Source: Geosiphon pyriformis uo1 (taxonomy: Eukaryota > Fungi > Glomeromycota). From it: a DNA stretch of 64,000 nucleotides. The stretch spans positions 1,929,538-1,993,537 of the forward strand of contig JAAOMT010000128.1 in NCBI GenBank assembly GCA_016748015.1, in the 5' to 3' direction. The notes under the pieces were generated by a model. The model saw only the letters and a program-made list of their open reading frames with translations. It made no database searches and was not told the origin of the DNA. The translations under genes were made by a program, and so were the position numbers. This document shows, one piece after another, positions 25,301-39,389 of this stretch. Every line of letters begins with the position of its first letter. The stretch's first letter is position 1.

Positions 25301-28300
25301 TGTAAAAAAATGGTCAACATTAGATGCTAATAAGGCTCTTGTTGTTACTAGTATAATTCAGGCTGGTAAAAAGCAGATGGTAATTCTCAAACATTTATCT
25401 CTTGTCAAGAGAGAATATAGGAAATCCAAGATGTATAAATCGAAATTAGTTGAAGAGGTGTCAATCAGAAATGTAATCAAAAAATGCATGGAGAAGTTTT
25501 GTTTAGACAAAGATAGCATAATTAGAAGTGTTTTGGATTGTCCATTTCACAAGGTGGTGTTGGACCACTTGGTAAAAGATGATAAGTTGGTTTTGAAACC
25601 AGAAAAGATAAAGTTGAGTGTAGATAAGATCATGGAGAGTTGGACGAGGAAACATTTAGTGTTTCCAGTGCTGTCTGATCTGTGGGCTCACCAGTATACA
25701 CTACTGGACTATGTTAGAGATAACACCTTCTCTGGTGTAATATGTGCAATTAACATGAGTAAATTGGTCCTGGTTATTGGCAATCTGCCTGATGGCAAAG
25801 CAACCAGCCTGTCAGGCATTCCCAATGAATTATGGAAGCATGGTAGTAAGGAGATATTAAGGTGTTTATTGGTGCTGTTAAATACATGTTTGACTGTTGG
25901 TGGAGTGTCCACTCTGTAGAAAAAAGCATGAGTTTCAATGATTCCTAAGCCATATGACTAGGATGGTGTTCTTACGAACACTTGACTAATAGCATTAATT
26001 AAGACTGCTAGAAAAATTCTGTCTAAGATTTTGTCTGATCATATCTTGTTAGCATGTAGCAAGTTCAATGTTCTTTAGGACAACAACTTTTCAGTGTTAA
26101 AGAGTACATTCACACAGTTTCCAGTGTTTGCTGTTGGGTTAATAATTGAGAATGCTCTTGAGAAGAATAGAGAAATCTGGTTGGTTTTGTAAGACATAAG
26201 GAAAGCATACAATTCTGTTGGGTGGCACCACCTAAAAGCTAGCTTGTGGCATATTAAAATGTGTAGCAGATTTATTGAGTTCTTTGGAAATATACATGAG
26301 AATAGATTTAACAGAGTAATAACTGATTTTGGTCTGTTGGATAACTACAGAGTTCATGTTAAGTTAGATTAAGATAAGGTCTTTTCACTTCTTTTGTAGA
26401 GAATCTTCTATGATCTATTTTTATGCAAGATCAAACAGCATAAACAATTGTGTAAGTACAGGATTGATACTAAATTTGTTTCAAGAACAGCTAGAATTAA
26501 GAATGGTGGTGGAATGACATCTTATTTTGTGGCTAGTGCATTTGTTGATAATACTATTTGGGTTGGAAATTGTCAGGCCTCTACTCAGTATGCTTTGAAC
26601 ATTGCCAGTGAGTTTTTTGTAATTAACAATATTTCCATTAACAGTGAAAAAACAGTAGCTATTTCTATCAATCAGGGTGTTAAGACAGCTTCTTTAAGTA
26701 TTTGTGGACAGCCAATTTCAATAGCCAAAAAAGGTGAAGCATATCATTACTTGGGAATATTTTTGTTCATAGAGAAGTTGTTCAAGCCTAGTGTTGCCAG
26801 AACTCATTCTAATGTTCATTTCTTCACCAATGTTTTGCTCAGAAAGGCTGTTACAGATAAACAGTTCTCATACTTGGATTTGGCTGTATAGTTGGCTACC
26901 GAACTCAATTTAATTTTGTGTCAATAAATGTTTGTCGTAAATGAGATGTTATAATTAGGAAGGGCCTCAAGTCCAAAGCATGTTTGCTGCACAATTTCCC
27001 TAGTGAGACTTTGCATCACCCATCTTTGTATGGTTTAAAGTCATTTGAACAAGTCTAAGCTAAGAGTAAATTGGCTGCTGTGATCTCATTTTCCAATGAT
27101 CATGGAATTCTTGGTCATTTGTTTTGTCACCAGTTTTTGGATTTACAAGTTTCAGATTAGGCTTCTTTGGATCCTTTGCAGTTTCCTGTAAGGTTGTGTA
27201 TTAGCCCAATGAACAATTTTTTGGCTGGTGTGGTTAGGATTTTTTTGGACAATAAGTTATTCTTGGCAAATAAGTTACCCAGTGCCTTTCATGATTCTGG
27301 TGTTTTTCCAATATCCTTAGTCTTGAAAAAGTCTTTGTTCTTTGATTCTGTTTGTTCTTTAAAGCATTTTGGGGTCACCTTTGGTAACTGACTGTATTAT
27401 AAAAAAGGGAGAGTGATGGACTGAAAAACTTTTTGCCACTAGAAGAGATTGGATCTTAGGTGTCCTGTGCCTTATTGGTTTGTGCTCACTTCTAAATTTT
27501 TGAATGATAAGGGTTCTTCTGAATCTGTCTTGGTGGGTTCTTTTTTATCTTTATCCAGTTTATGTATTTCGAATTACAAAAAATTTTTGGATATTCGGAG
27601 TGGCTTGCATGAAGTCTGGTTTGGTAATTTTGAAGTCTATACTGATGGTTCATTGAAGAATGCTGGTTCTACTGAGGTCATATATAGAGCAGCTGCATAT
27701 TTTCTGGTTTTGGACATGGGTGTTGGCATTGGAATTTAGGGTCTTCTTTCTTCTACAATGGCTGAATTACAAGCAGTTGCCTTGGCTTTGGAGTATGTTC
27801 CATTCTCTTGTGATGTGGATGTGTATCTTAACAGTTAAGCTGCTATTAATGCATGTGTGTTTGAGATGGTACTAGCCTTTCCCAACTTTTGTAATTGTTG
27901 CTGAATGGAGAGGAAACATATTTACAATTTGGTCCAGGATAAAGATCTTACTGTGTGTTGGATTAAGATTAAGGGTCATTTTGGGGTGATTGGTAATGTG
28001 AAGGCAGATACTTTGGCCAGTAAAGCAGCAGGTTCTCTGGTTTTTTTGCCTGTGGGCATGCAGGAACAATTTTTGATGGCTGAGAGCTTGGCTGTGTCTG
28101 GCAATACTTATCACTTTATTTGGGGTGTATTTAGGTCTATTTGTAGGGCTTGTTGGGAAGCGGGTTCTGGTTGCAACATAATTGCAGAGGTATCAGTAAG
28201 TGATGTGAATTGGGTCACCATCTCAAAAATATGGTACTCCAATTCACACATGCTTGTGGAGTTTACTAGTCAGAAGTCAACCATATTGTGCATGTATATA

Positions 28301-29059
28301 ATAAAAGCTGTGTATCATAGGTTGTCTGTTACTGTCCATAAGAAGCTTTATAATAAGAAGTATTCTGGTATGCTTTGTTTGTTGTGTGATGAGATAGAAT
28401 TGCCAGATTATGTCTTTATTTATGCTCAGAATATTGACATTTGAAAAGAGGTTTTGTCTGAGGCTTTTGCTTTCTGGGCCTCCTTAGTTGGTACTCATTG
28501 CTTGTTTTTATCTGCTATTTCTCAGGTGCTTGATCTTTGTCATTCGGATATTGGCTTGTATTCGGTAATATGCAAGGGTTTTGTGCTAAAGGATTGGTAC
28601 AAGGAGGCTATTAAGGTTTTTGATGGGAAAAAAAGAGCTGTTGACTTTGTTATTGATTTGGTTGAAAAGTTGGTCAAGCTGCATCATTTTAAAGTATAGT
28701 TAATGAGATCTGAGTTCAGGGTGTATATAGAAAAGGCTGGTTTGGTTGGTGATGGTAGTGTATTATCAGGTTTTTCATGTTGTGCAAGTTCTGTACTATC
28801 AGATGGTATAGTAAGATTTCTTGATATGCTAGAATTTTTTGTTGTTAGCTTTGGCTATCACAGGCCTTGTCTTTTCTTTTCTGGTTTGGATGGTAGTCCT
28901 CATGTTAATATAGATGTGTAATGTTGCTTTGTCTGGTCTGAGTGGCTAGTCACATGTAGAAAATATGTGAATCACATTTAGTTTGAACCACTTAATTTGG
29001 TTTTATGTACTAAATAGTAGTTAAGCTTTACTTGTTAAATGCATTAATAAAAAAAAAAA
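22315..29059 (+). mobile_element. LINE copy 2 (full-length, decayed); ORF1 about 22411-24240, ORF2 24237-28921
   Basis: Same domain order as copy 1. CAATGA ORF1/ORF2 overlap at 24235-24240, AFVDNTIW, YTDGS, poly(A) 29049-29059. Confidence 0.93.
28921..29032 (+). other. LINE 3'UTR structured RNA element (copy 2)
   Basis: Stems TGTCTGGTC/GGCTAGTCA, TCACATGT/ATATGTGA, ATTTAGT/ACTAAAT and GAACCA/TGGTTT. Confidence 0.7.
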
Positions 29060-29705
29060 TTTTAAAATTAAGTAACTTAATAAGTTAATTAATTAAAAAT
29101 ATATACAAAAATATAATTTATTTTGTTTTTAAAACCAATATAATAAATAATATAATTAAAAATTAATCTAAACCAAAATAAATTAATATGTTTTTAATAT
29201 TATTGTTTAAAATAATTTTTTTTTCTATTTACAGTTATAATAAAGCTAAGTACTATATATTAATAGAATTATAAAATTTTTTTTCTTTTATAACAAATTT
29301 TTTATAACTTTTTTATATAAAATAAAAAAATTAAATTTATTTAAATATTAAATTTATAATAAAAAAAAAAAACTTCTTTTTTTCTTTCCAAAATTTCCCA
29401 AAGAGCACATTTCTAAAAAAAAAAATTTTGTTTTTTTTAGTTTACACATCAACATTTTTTTATCTAATAATTTTTTTTTGTGAAGTTGAAGGCTGCTTTG
29501 AATAGCAATATGTCTAAAAAAAAGTCTCTAAAAATGCTTTTTATGATTCTGCCAGTGAATTTTCCTTACAAAAAAAGAGAATTGTTCTTGAAAATGTCAA
29601 ACATTTTGGTAATAAGAAAAATATTTCTTTAATCAAATCTGGATTTGGCAATAATATATATTCTAATGTAGATAATTTGTCTGGTAATAATAAAGAGATT
29701 GGCAT

Positions 29706-32113
29706 TGTTATCAGTAGTTTTTGTCAATATTTGCAAACATTTTTTAACTCAACTGGTAATACACATTACCATGATTATGCTACTGACTATAGTATATTAT
29801 GGGTGTATGGACTATTTCAGTAGGTGAAAGAGCAAAAAAAGATTCATGATAAAGTCATTAAAAGTAAAAGAAAGTATTATTATTATTATTTGTTTTTGGA
29901 CAAGAACTAGTCTTAGGTATTTTAAAGGGGAAAAAAAATCACATCTCTTTATATGTAACAGAAGCACAACCAACAACAAAAAGAAACCAAAACTACTTAA
30001 GAAAATTATAACCAGAATTCTTTTAATTAGTTGTCAAAAGGGTGTAGTATTCAAATGCCTACTTTGAAAATGAAGTTATAGGAATTATAAAAGATTGTAA
30101 GAGTAAAACATAACTGAAATAGATTTAAACTTTTTATTGTTGAGACTACTCTCTAACAACATGATATTTTATTACTTATTTTAATATTTTAACAACTTGT
30201 TTGGTAAAACAAGACTTAATGTGAAATGGTGATAATACATGATTTGAAAGATTGGAAGTAATAGAAAGCTTGATAATTTTGTTAACAAGTAAGTAAAAAG
30301 TTATAAATAACATGATTCCAAATGGTAATAAGGAATATGAGAAAACATACTTGAGATTGTGATGACAAGTATTTAGAGTATAGAAAAAGGAGAAAGAAAG
30401 TGAGAGGTAAAAAAAAGAACTAACTGCTGTTACCGGAGGTTTTTGGTCTCTTTTCTTGAATGTTGTAAATGTCTGTTGGTTGCAAATTCACGTTTTCTAA
30501 AAGTAGTTGAACCTCCAATAACTGAATTTATCTTCAAATTATCTTCTATAATTTGAACTTACTGGACTTATAAGTGGAATGGCCAATTCCTTGCCAGTTA
30601 CTTTATGTAGTTATGTTATAGTAAACATCAACTCTTTCCCAAGAATTGCTTATCTGGAAGCTCATTAAAAATGTGTAGTTACTTTGCTGTGAAAGTCAAC
30701 TCTTCTACAGAAATTTCGTCTGTAGGCTACCCTAATGATTATAATAAAAAAATAAAAAAAATGCAAAAGAAATGTAAAAGAAATGTAAAAGAAATTGAAT
30801 TCTGTCAAGGGAAACGTTTTCTATTCAGGCCTGAAATCACTAACAGTTTACTGAAATTGGTAGCTAATCAATTTCAAAATGTTAGTTGGGTTTTGGGGAT
30901 TTTCCAAGTGCAATAATTAAAAAATTTGGTTTTTCAAATTATTTGGTATTTATTTTTTTTTGTGTGTATAAGAATGGTTTTAAGTAATAAATCTAAAGTA
31001 AGATACATTTTCTTGAAAAGAAAAGCTCTTCTTTTATACAACTTGTTGTAGTACTAGTCTATAAACTTATACTTTTTCTCTTTGCTCAAATTTCGGTAAA
31101 CTAAAGATATATTTTAATGGACTACAAGTTATTTCACTGAACTACTGATTAATTTGGGTGAACTATTCATAATTTTGGCAAATTTCTATAAATTTCAGCG
31201 AATTTCTGTAAATTTTGGTGAATTTCTGAATGTTACAAAGTTCAGAGTATTGTGTAATTTGATCATCCTACTTTTTGTTATACTAATTGGATTATTTAAT
31301 TGAATTGTGATATGTGATAATTGATTAAATAATAAATGATAATTTAAAATGATATTAATATACTAATTAATTATAGGAATTATAAAGGTAATTTTATGCT
31401 AATTAATAGCTAAAATTTTACTGGTAACACTGCTCACTATAAAACTATAACAAAAAGTTGGCTCAATATTGAACTGATGCTTTCCTGAACTGACAGAGAG
31501 GCTGTCTATATAGCTAAATTACATCAGATCTACATACTATATTAAAACTATTTAAGATACATCAATTATTTATACATTTTAATTTAATCAATTTATAATA
31601 AGCTTTATTTGGCATGTTATTTTCTCAGAGCTAGTAATTTTTAGATAATCAGATTTAGATGGCTGGATCTAGAACATTAATTGTCAATCAATAATACCAA
31701 TTGTGATTATAATCAATGTAATCAGAAGTAGATTAATTGATTATATTTCTTGGTAGCTACTTTTAATTATTGATCGCAGATCTGGAATATTAGATTGTTC
31801 TAATAAGAACATATGAGAATTTTGGAGCATAACAAAGCCTGTTGTTATCTGATTACATGCATCAATCATTTATTTCCATTGGTGTTTCTTAGTTTGCTAA
31901 GATTTTTTTGTATTCAACTTAGTTAAACTGTTGGATTGTGCCATATTTTTTTGTTGTAATTGGATTGATTGCTGATCATTTATTTTCAGATTGCTGGCTG
32001 ATTTTGTTGATTAAGTGTAATAATGTAAGTCTTTTTTGCATGATTTTGATGTTAATTTCCATTGTATGTGTTGTAATTTTTGCATTGAAAAATGTGAAAA
32101 TCTTCTAATAACA
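29706..32113. mobile_element. Solo-LTR-like insertion A (about 1.4 kb excluding nested LTR B), TSD GCAT
   Basis: Termini TGTTATCAG...CTAATAACA. GCAT at 29702-29705 and 32114-32117. No coding capacity. Confidence 0.85.
30428..31429. mobile_element. Solo-LTR-like insertion B (1002 bp) nested in A, TSD CTGC
   Basis: Termini TGTTACCGG...CTGGTAACA. CTGC at 30424-30427 and 31430-31433. Internal 10/20-bp tandem repeats at 31171-31230. TATA-like GTATAAAAG on the minus strand near 31035. Confidence 0.85.
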
Positions 32114-35100
32114 GCATGTTTGGTGTTTAAAATAAGTTTTTTTTGGATTTAGTTACTATCACTCCCAAAGCAAAGTATGTCAATACTGGTGCTGTTTTTG
32201 GCTTTCTATTTAGTTTTCCCAACTTTGATATAAATAATAATGAAGAGATTTCTCTTTTTTATTATCTCCTAATTTTTTTGGATAGAAAATAAATTGATCT
32301 TAAAATCATTAAAACTTAAATAGAAGTTGTTATTAAAAAGTTGTTTGCTTTGAACATTAATTTTTCAGCAGTAAAAAACAAATCAGTAATGGCAAAAACA
32401 CAAGAAATCAGAAAAATTTTTTCAGTTATCAATAATTTTAAGAAGGACCACTACCTTTTTAAAATTTAAAAAAATCATCCAATCTATTTTCATCTTAAAA
32501 AAAAGCATAGAAAAGGTCATATCATTAGCCAAAAAAAAAGAAATTGTTATAAACTACAATCTCAAAAGACAAAAATTTTGTTCAAATCAGGCCATAATAA
32601 TTAAAAAAATTCTTATGAATATACTAAAGAAAATAATCATTGCAGCTTTGTTTGAGTTTGGTCAAGTAATGTCAATCTGATTGTAACTTATTGGGCTGTA
32701 ATAGAAGACTGTAGTGAAATTTGCCAAATTAGATTAGACTGATTAGCTGGTGGCTAAATGGTCATTCCTAATCAGGAAAAATTCTGTAAGTGTTGTAAAA
32801 ACTATAGGAAATCATGATGTTTGAATGTCAAGAAATCAATTTAAGACACTTTTGTTTATCTTGTCTGTAAAAATGACTGTATATAATTTTGGAATTTTAT
32901 TGGAAGAGACTGGTAAAAAAACTTGTATTATTAATTAATCTTTGAATACTAATAACAGGATTTACTGTGCTGTAGTTGGCTTTGACTCTGATAAGAAATT
33001 GGAATCTGCTTTTTGCACAAAGTCAATCTTTGATAAGATAAAATTCTCTTGGGCTAGAATGAATTTGGTTTGTTGTAAAAAATGTGGATATTTTGGATAC
33101 TTAGCTTTTGAGTGTAATACACCAAGTGTGTTTGTTCTGCTGTCTTCAAAGAGATTTTATAAAAAAGTTACTTCTGAAGAAAATCACCTTTAGTTCACTA
33201 AGTTGTATGAAAAAAAAAGTGTTTTAATCTCTTGTTCTGCTGTTTTTAGTAGTAAATATTGGGTCCAAGTGGTCTTGCTTGCTGGTTTTTCTGATAGTAC
33301 TTGTTTTAGTTTTGGTTCTGGTTTCTTTTTTTCTGATATCTCAGATTCAAATAGTAATTTCTTTCTTATCTTAACTAATAATTCTTTTTTAAATGCTCAT
33401 TTAGCCTCTTTAAAATACTTCTTAGAGCTTTTAACAGATCAGATTTCTGATATGGTACACAAATTCAGCAACTTGGAATTGGTGTCTCTGGCTCTTCTTT
33501 TTTCTTTTTATAATTTGGCTACCTTAATAGCTATCAATTTGAATTTGGGTTCAGATATGATTTTAGATGGTCCTAAGTTGTTGTTTCCATTTCCTTTTTT
33601 TGTTTTTTCTGATGTTTCAGCTTTGGGTTTGAGTAGTTTAAAGATTTTGACTACTAAAGTGGGCTGTTTGAAATCAAAACTGGTGGCTCTTGAGACCTCT
33701 GTTGGTTTAATTCTGGTAAATTAGATCAGTTGTGTGCTGGCTCAGGTTTTTTTATGTTTTTTTTCTATTAATGAGTGAATTGGTTTGAAAATTGGCTATG
33801 TGCAATGTTCAGAATATCAATGTCCTTATTAAACAGGAAAACATTGTTTGTTAACATAAAAAATTAGAAAATATGGTTTTGATTATTACAGAAACAAAGT
33901 TAAGATTTAGTATTAAATTATAAATTATAAATAAGTTTAATGAGATAAGAGTTTTCTTATTTAGATTGGACAAGGGGTTTCTTGGTACTGGAGTAACAAT
34001 TATTATAAACAATTCTCTAACTTATTATGTGTCTAAAATAGAAGAAGTTTTTGGTTAAATTATCTCAATGTGGTTTTTTTTTAAAAGCAAGCTTTTGGTT
34101 GCAATTTTGGATTTATATGCTAGTGTTTCTGCTAAGATTAAATTCAGTTAGGCTTTGGAAATCAACTTTTTTATTGCTAAGGCTGTTAACTCTAGCACTT
34201 TTGTGGTTTTGAGTGGAGATTTCAATGAAAATAGATCTAAAAAAAGTGCAAGTTTTAAGTTCTGTTCAGATATAAGTTTAATTAACTTATTTGGTGGACA
34301 TCAACTAATTAAAACTTTTACTTAGAGCAATTTGAAAGGTGCTAAAAAAGTTATTAATTATGTTTTTGTGAGTAAAAGTTTGTTATTTGTGGTGGCTAGT
34401 CATAAGATTAATACTATTTCTGAGTTCTTTAATATTAATCACAGAACTATTTTGTGTTAATTAGTCTGAGTGGTCTTTTGAACATTTGGTTGAATAGCAT
34501 ATACAAACAGACTAACAAAGATTGCTAAAAGTTCAGAATTAAGAATGTGGATGATGCCAAATAGCAAGATTTAAAAATTGTGCTTTAACCAAATTTTCAG
34601 TAGTAGAAAATGGGTTTTTTAAAATAAAAGCTTGTGGTAATTTAAATGTTATGTAGAAGTTGTTAGAGAGAGTAATAATAGAGTTAGCTAATAAAACATT
34701 TTTTAGACATTGGTTTAGTAAGTTTGAATATTCCAGAAACAGACATTTTTTGAAGTTTTTTGGGTTAGAATTACTGATTACCAAGATTGTTAAGAGATTA
34801 AGCTCAGATAACATGTTCAGATTTAATCATCTTGTTAAGAAATAGTCAACTTTAAATAGTAATAAAGTTTGTAAGATTATGAACATGATTCAAAATAATA
34901 AAAAGTCAATAGTTGTTTTCAAACATTTGTTAATAGTTCAGAAAGTCCAAGCTTTATGAATCAAGGTTAGCCAAAGAGGCATTTATCAGGATGACAATTG
35001 AGAAATACATAGAGAATTTTTGTTTTAATAAAGGGGCTATAATAAAGAGTATTTTGGATTGGTCTTTTCACAAGGTGATTTTGGATCATTTGGTGGTAGA

Positions 35101-35427
35101 GAATAAATTAATTTTGGAATTAGAGAAAATAAAACTGAATTTTAATAAGATCATGAAAAGCTAAACAAAAAAACAGACTGTGTTTTCAATAATGCCAAAT
35201 CTCTGGGCTTATTAATATGTGCCATTGAATTATGTGGATGATAATGCATTTTCTAGTGTAATAAAAAAAGTTAGTATGAAAGAATTGCTTTTGGTAATTG
35301 GCAGTCTGTTTAATGGAAAGGCTACTGATTTGTCTGATATTCTTAATAAACTTTGAAAGCATGATGATAATATTGTAATAAGGTGTCTTTTAGAATTGTT
35401 AAATACATGTTTGTCTATTAGTGGTGT

Positions 35428-36249
35428 TGTTACAGGTGATTCTTTGGAGTGTTAAGTGAATAATAAACCCATAACTTGGTGCACAAAGTGATTAGTGATG
35501 ATGATAATCTGAAGGTATTTTATCTAAAGGTTTTCCAATCAAGTTCTTTGTATAATGGACAGAGATTCAATGATAACAGTTTATTAGTAGTTTTCTAAAA
35601 CTGTAGTTTCATCGATTGCTTGCTTAGCTTGATAGTTGATGATTCTCCTGGTACAATATCCTCTGTAAGTGTATACCAGTACTGTTTCCTAATATCAGTT
35701 CTTCTGTAAGTCCTCTAAGAATAAGTATTGTTTAAGCAAGTTTATTTTTCTGTAAGTTCTCCAAGAGTAAGTTCTTTAATTAAGTTAGTAGACAACAAAG
35801 AAATAAAGAAAAGATAAAGAGAAAATAAAAAATAAGCCAAGATGGTTTGCAAATTAGTATCCTGTCAATAGCCGTGATCAAGAGCTATTGTTCTAGTATG
35901 GTTAAGTATCAGTTACTATCAACATGAAGTGTTGATAGTGAAGAATGGATTTGAAATAGTGAATAATTATTTATTTGAAAATTGTGGTAACTAAGCTAAG
36001 GATTCTTGGTATCAATTCTGTTTTTTCTGCTTTTAACACTACTGTTATATATACATATTTGAAATTTCTCAATTCTTCAATTCCTTGCAACAGGAATCCT
36101 GCGATTCCTCACCAGAGAATCCTGAAATTCCTGGAATTCTGTAATTCCTCTGAGAGAAATCCTGGAATTCCACATTTACTATGTCTACTTCTGATTGGCT
36201 AATCTCTACTTGCTAATAATAATATACTTCCTTTATTTTATGAGTAACA
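35428..36249. mobile_element. Solo-LTR-like insertion C (822 bp) in the ORF2 of LINE copy 3, TSD GTGT
   Basis: Termini TGTTAC...GTAACA. GTGT at 35424-35427 and 36250-36253. Short AATCCTG/AATTCCTG repeats near 36095-36170. Confidence 0.85.
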
Positions 36250-39200
36250 GTGTTTTTGTTTTATGGAAAAGGGCTTGGGTCTTGATGATTCCAAAACCTT
36301 ATAATTGGGATAAAATTTTGATGAACACTCAACCTATTGCTCTTATTAAAACAGCCAGAAAGATTCTTTTTAAAGTTTTATTTAATCAGATTTTATCTGT
36401 ATATAGCAAGTTTGGTGTTCTTTAAAATAATAATTTTTTAGTTTTAAAAAGTACATCTACTCAGTCTTTTGTGTTCACTGTTGGGTCTGTGGTTAAAAAC
36501 ACTTTGAAAAAGAATAGAAAAATTTGGTTGGTCTTGTAAAATATGCACAAGACATATGACTTAGTTAGTTGGTATTATCTAAGAACTAGCTTACAGTGAA
36601 TCAAAATGTGTGACAGATTTATTAGATTTTTTGGCAGCATACATAAGGATAAGATTAACAGAATAATAACTGATTTTGGCCTTTCAAAAAACTACAGAGT
36701 ACATAATGGATTGGATCAAGATGAAGTCTTTTTATCCCTTCTTTGGAAGATTTTTTATGATTTACTTTTGTGTGAAGTTAAGAGACATGAGCATTTGTGT
36801 GACTACTAAATTGATACTAAATTTGTTGTCAAGACAGACAGAATAGAAAATAATAGTGAAATGTCTTTGTTTTTTGCTAATTGTGTATTTATTGACAATA
36901 TAATCTGAATTGAGAATAATTAGACTTTTATGCAGTATGTTTTGAATATGTTAGTAAATTTTTTATGATCAATGATATTTTAATTAACAATAAGAAGACT
37001 GTAACTATTTCTATTAACCAGAGAGTTAGAGTTGTTTTTTTAAAGATCAGTGGATTGTCAATTTTAATTGCTAAGAAAAATGAAACATATAGATATTTAG
37101 ATAGTTTTTTGTTAACTAAGGGACTATCTAAACTGAGTTTGGCTAAAGCTTATTTAAATATCTGATTTTTTGTCAATATAGTGCTTAAGAAAACTATTAC
37201 TAATAAGCAGTTCTTTTATTTAGTATTAGCTGTTTCACAACTTATAATTAGTTATAGGTCTTAATTTAATTATGTCTCATTAAATGTATACTATAAATAA
37301 AATATGATAATTAAAAAAAATCTTAAAGTCAAAACTGATCTGTTATGTGACTTCTCAAGTAAGGCTCTACATTATTTTTCTTTATATGGTTTGAATTCAT
37401 TTAAGCAGATTCAGGCTGAGAGCATGTTATTATTAGTGATCATTTTTGCTAATACTTTAAACATCTTTGGATATTTGTTTGAACACAGGTTTTTAGATTT
37501 GCAGATTCTAAATTGGACTTCTTTGAACTCTTTGAGACATCTTATCAAGTTGTATATTAGTCTTGTCAACAATTTTTTGGCTGGAGTTGTGAAGATTTTT
37601 TTGGTCAATAATGTGTCTTTAAATAATAATTTGTCCAATGTCTTCTATAGTTCTGGGAGAGTCTTGATGTCTGATATTTTGGAGAAGTCTCTGTATTATA
37701 ACTTGGTTTGTTCTCTTAGAAGATTTGAGGTGGTGTTCAGTAACAGACTTCTGAATAAAAAAGGCAGAGTAATAGATTAGAAAACATTTTGTTGTTAGAA
37801 AAGATTAGACCCTAAAGGTCCAGTGTCATCTTGGTTCAAATTGGCTTTAAAGTTTTTAGGTGATAATAGACCAGCTGTATTTGGCTTTTTTCAAGTTATT
37901 AGATATTGTAACTTAAATATGCTAAATTCTGTTGGATTTTTAATGATTTGTAAATGTTTGTATAAGGTTTGATTAGGTGCTTTGAACATATATATGAACA
38001 GTTTTTTGAAGAACTTAGGCTTTTCTGGGGTCATTGGTAGAGCTGCTATGTATTTTTCTACTGCAGATATAGATCTTAATATTAAAGTGAATGGTTTTCT
38101 GTTATCTACTTTGACTGAACTGTAGGCAGTTGCTTTATTTCTGGAATATGTCTCTTTTTCTTGCACAGTAATTCTGTATTTGGACAGCCAAGCAGCTATT
38201 AATGTATGTAGTGCTAAGATTGATTATGTTGTACCAGATTTTTCATAACTACTGTTGGATGAAAAGGAGACATATATCTAATTTGATAAAAAATAAGGAT
38301 CTTTTAGTTAAGTAGATAAAAGTTAAGAGTTATTCAAGAGTATAAGATAATAATAAGACTAATTAAATAGCTGGTAAGACTGCTGGCTCTCTTTTATTTT
38401 TGCCAACTGGAATGAAAAAACATCATATTGTGGCTAAAAACATAATAATCTTTGGCAATATGTATTATTTCATCTAAAATGTATACAGATCTGTGTTTTA
38501 TGCTTGGTAAAAGATTAATCTTGGTCATTGGATAGTATCTAATGCTTTGATTGAGGATATAAATTGGCTGTCTACTATAAAGGTATAGCACTTTAATTTG
38601 CATATGTTGTCTGACTTTACCAGCAGGAATTTTGTCAATTTGTACACTTATCTGATAAAGGCTGTGCATAATTATTTGCCAGTAACAGTTAAAAAAGATT
38701 ATATAATAAGAATTATCTTAATGTGCTATGTTTGCTATATGACAAGATAATGCTTTCAGATCATGCTTTTATGTATATTGAAAATATTAGAAGCCATGAA
38801 AATATTTTTACAGAGTTCTTTGATAAGTAGATTTCTATAGCTAGTACTTATAATCTTTTATTTTTTGCTGTACTAAGAACTTTCTTTCAATATTTAGTAG
38901 ACGTGGGCTTGTATACTGTAATTTGTAAGAATTTTGTGCTTAAAGACTAGTGTATAAAAACAATAGTGGTTTTTGAAACTAGAAAGAAAGCTTTGGCAGT
39001 TATTGTTTTTTTTGTGAATCAACTGGTAAAAAAGCATTATTCACTGGTTTGGCTTAATAGAACTAAGTTTAAGGCTGAAATGAAAAGAATTAGTTTAATA
39101 AATAATGGTAAGATGATGTATAATTTGTGTTGTGACTTGGTATTTGAATTGTCAGATGGTGTAATCTGACTTCTTGGTATTACTGAGTTTTTTGTAATTA

Positions 39201-39272
39201 GTTTTTGTAGATATAGGCCATATTCTTTTTTTTTAGGCTTAATTAACAGTATAAGAGTTTTTGTAAATGTAT

Positions 39273-39375
39273 AGTATTGCTTTGTCTGGTTTAAATAACT
39301 GATTACATGTAATAAATATGTAAATTATATTTAATTCTGTATATTAGATAACAATTGGGCTTCATTTGTTAAATT
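39273..39375 (+). other. LINE 3'UTR structured RNA element (copy 3, degenerate)
   Basis: tattgctttgtctggtttaaataactgattacatgtaataaatatgtaa...ttgggcttca aligns with the other copies. Stem TTACATGT/ATATGTAA is retained. Confidence 0.55.
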
Positions 39376-39389
39376 AAATTAACAAACTT

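Larger units (their letters stand above)
29373..39385 (+). mobile_element. LINE copy 3 (older, more AT-shifted), interrupted by LTR insertions; ORF1 about 29480-33774, ORF2 33771-39274
   Basis: Colinear with copy 4 once the insertions at 29706-32113 and 35428-36249 are removed. Reading frames rejoin across both sites (KEIGMFGV; ISGVFVLWKRAW). Confidence 0.9.

Noticed and set aside
31171-31230. Short tandem repeats as a CRISPR array
   Set aside because: No unique spacers, eukaryotic context, and they lie inside an LTR.
29706-36249. LTRs A and C as the two ends of one LTR retrotransposon
   Set aside because: Different sequences, each has its own TSD, and the DNA between them is LINE.
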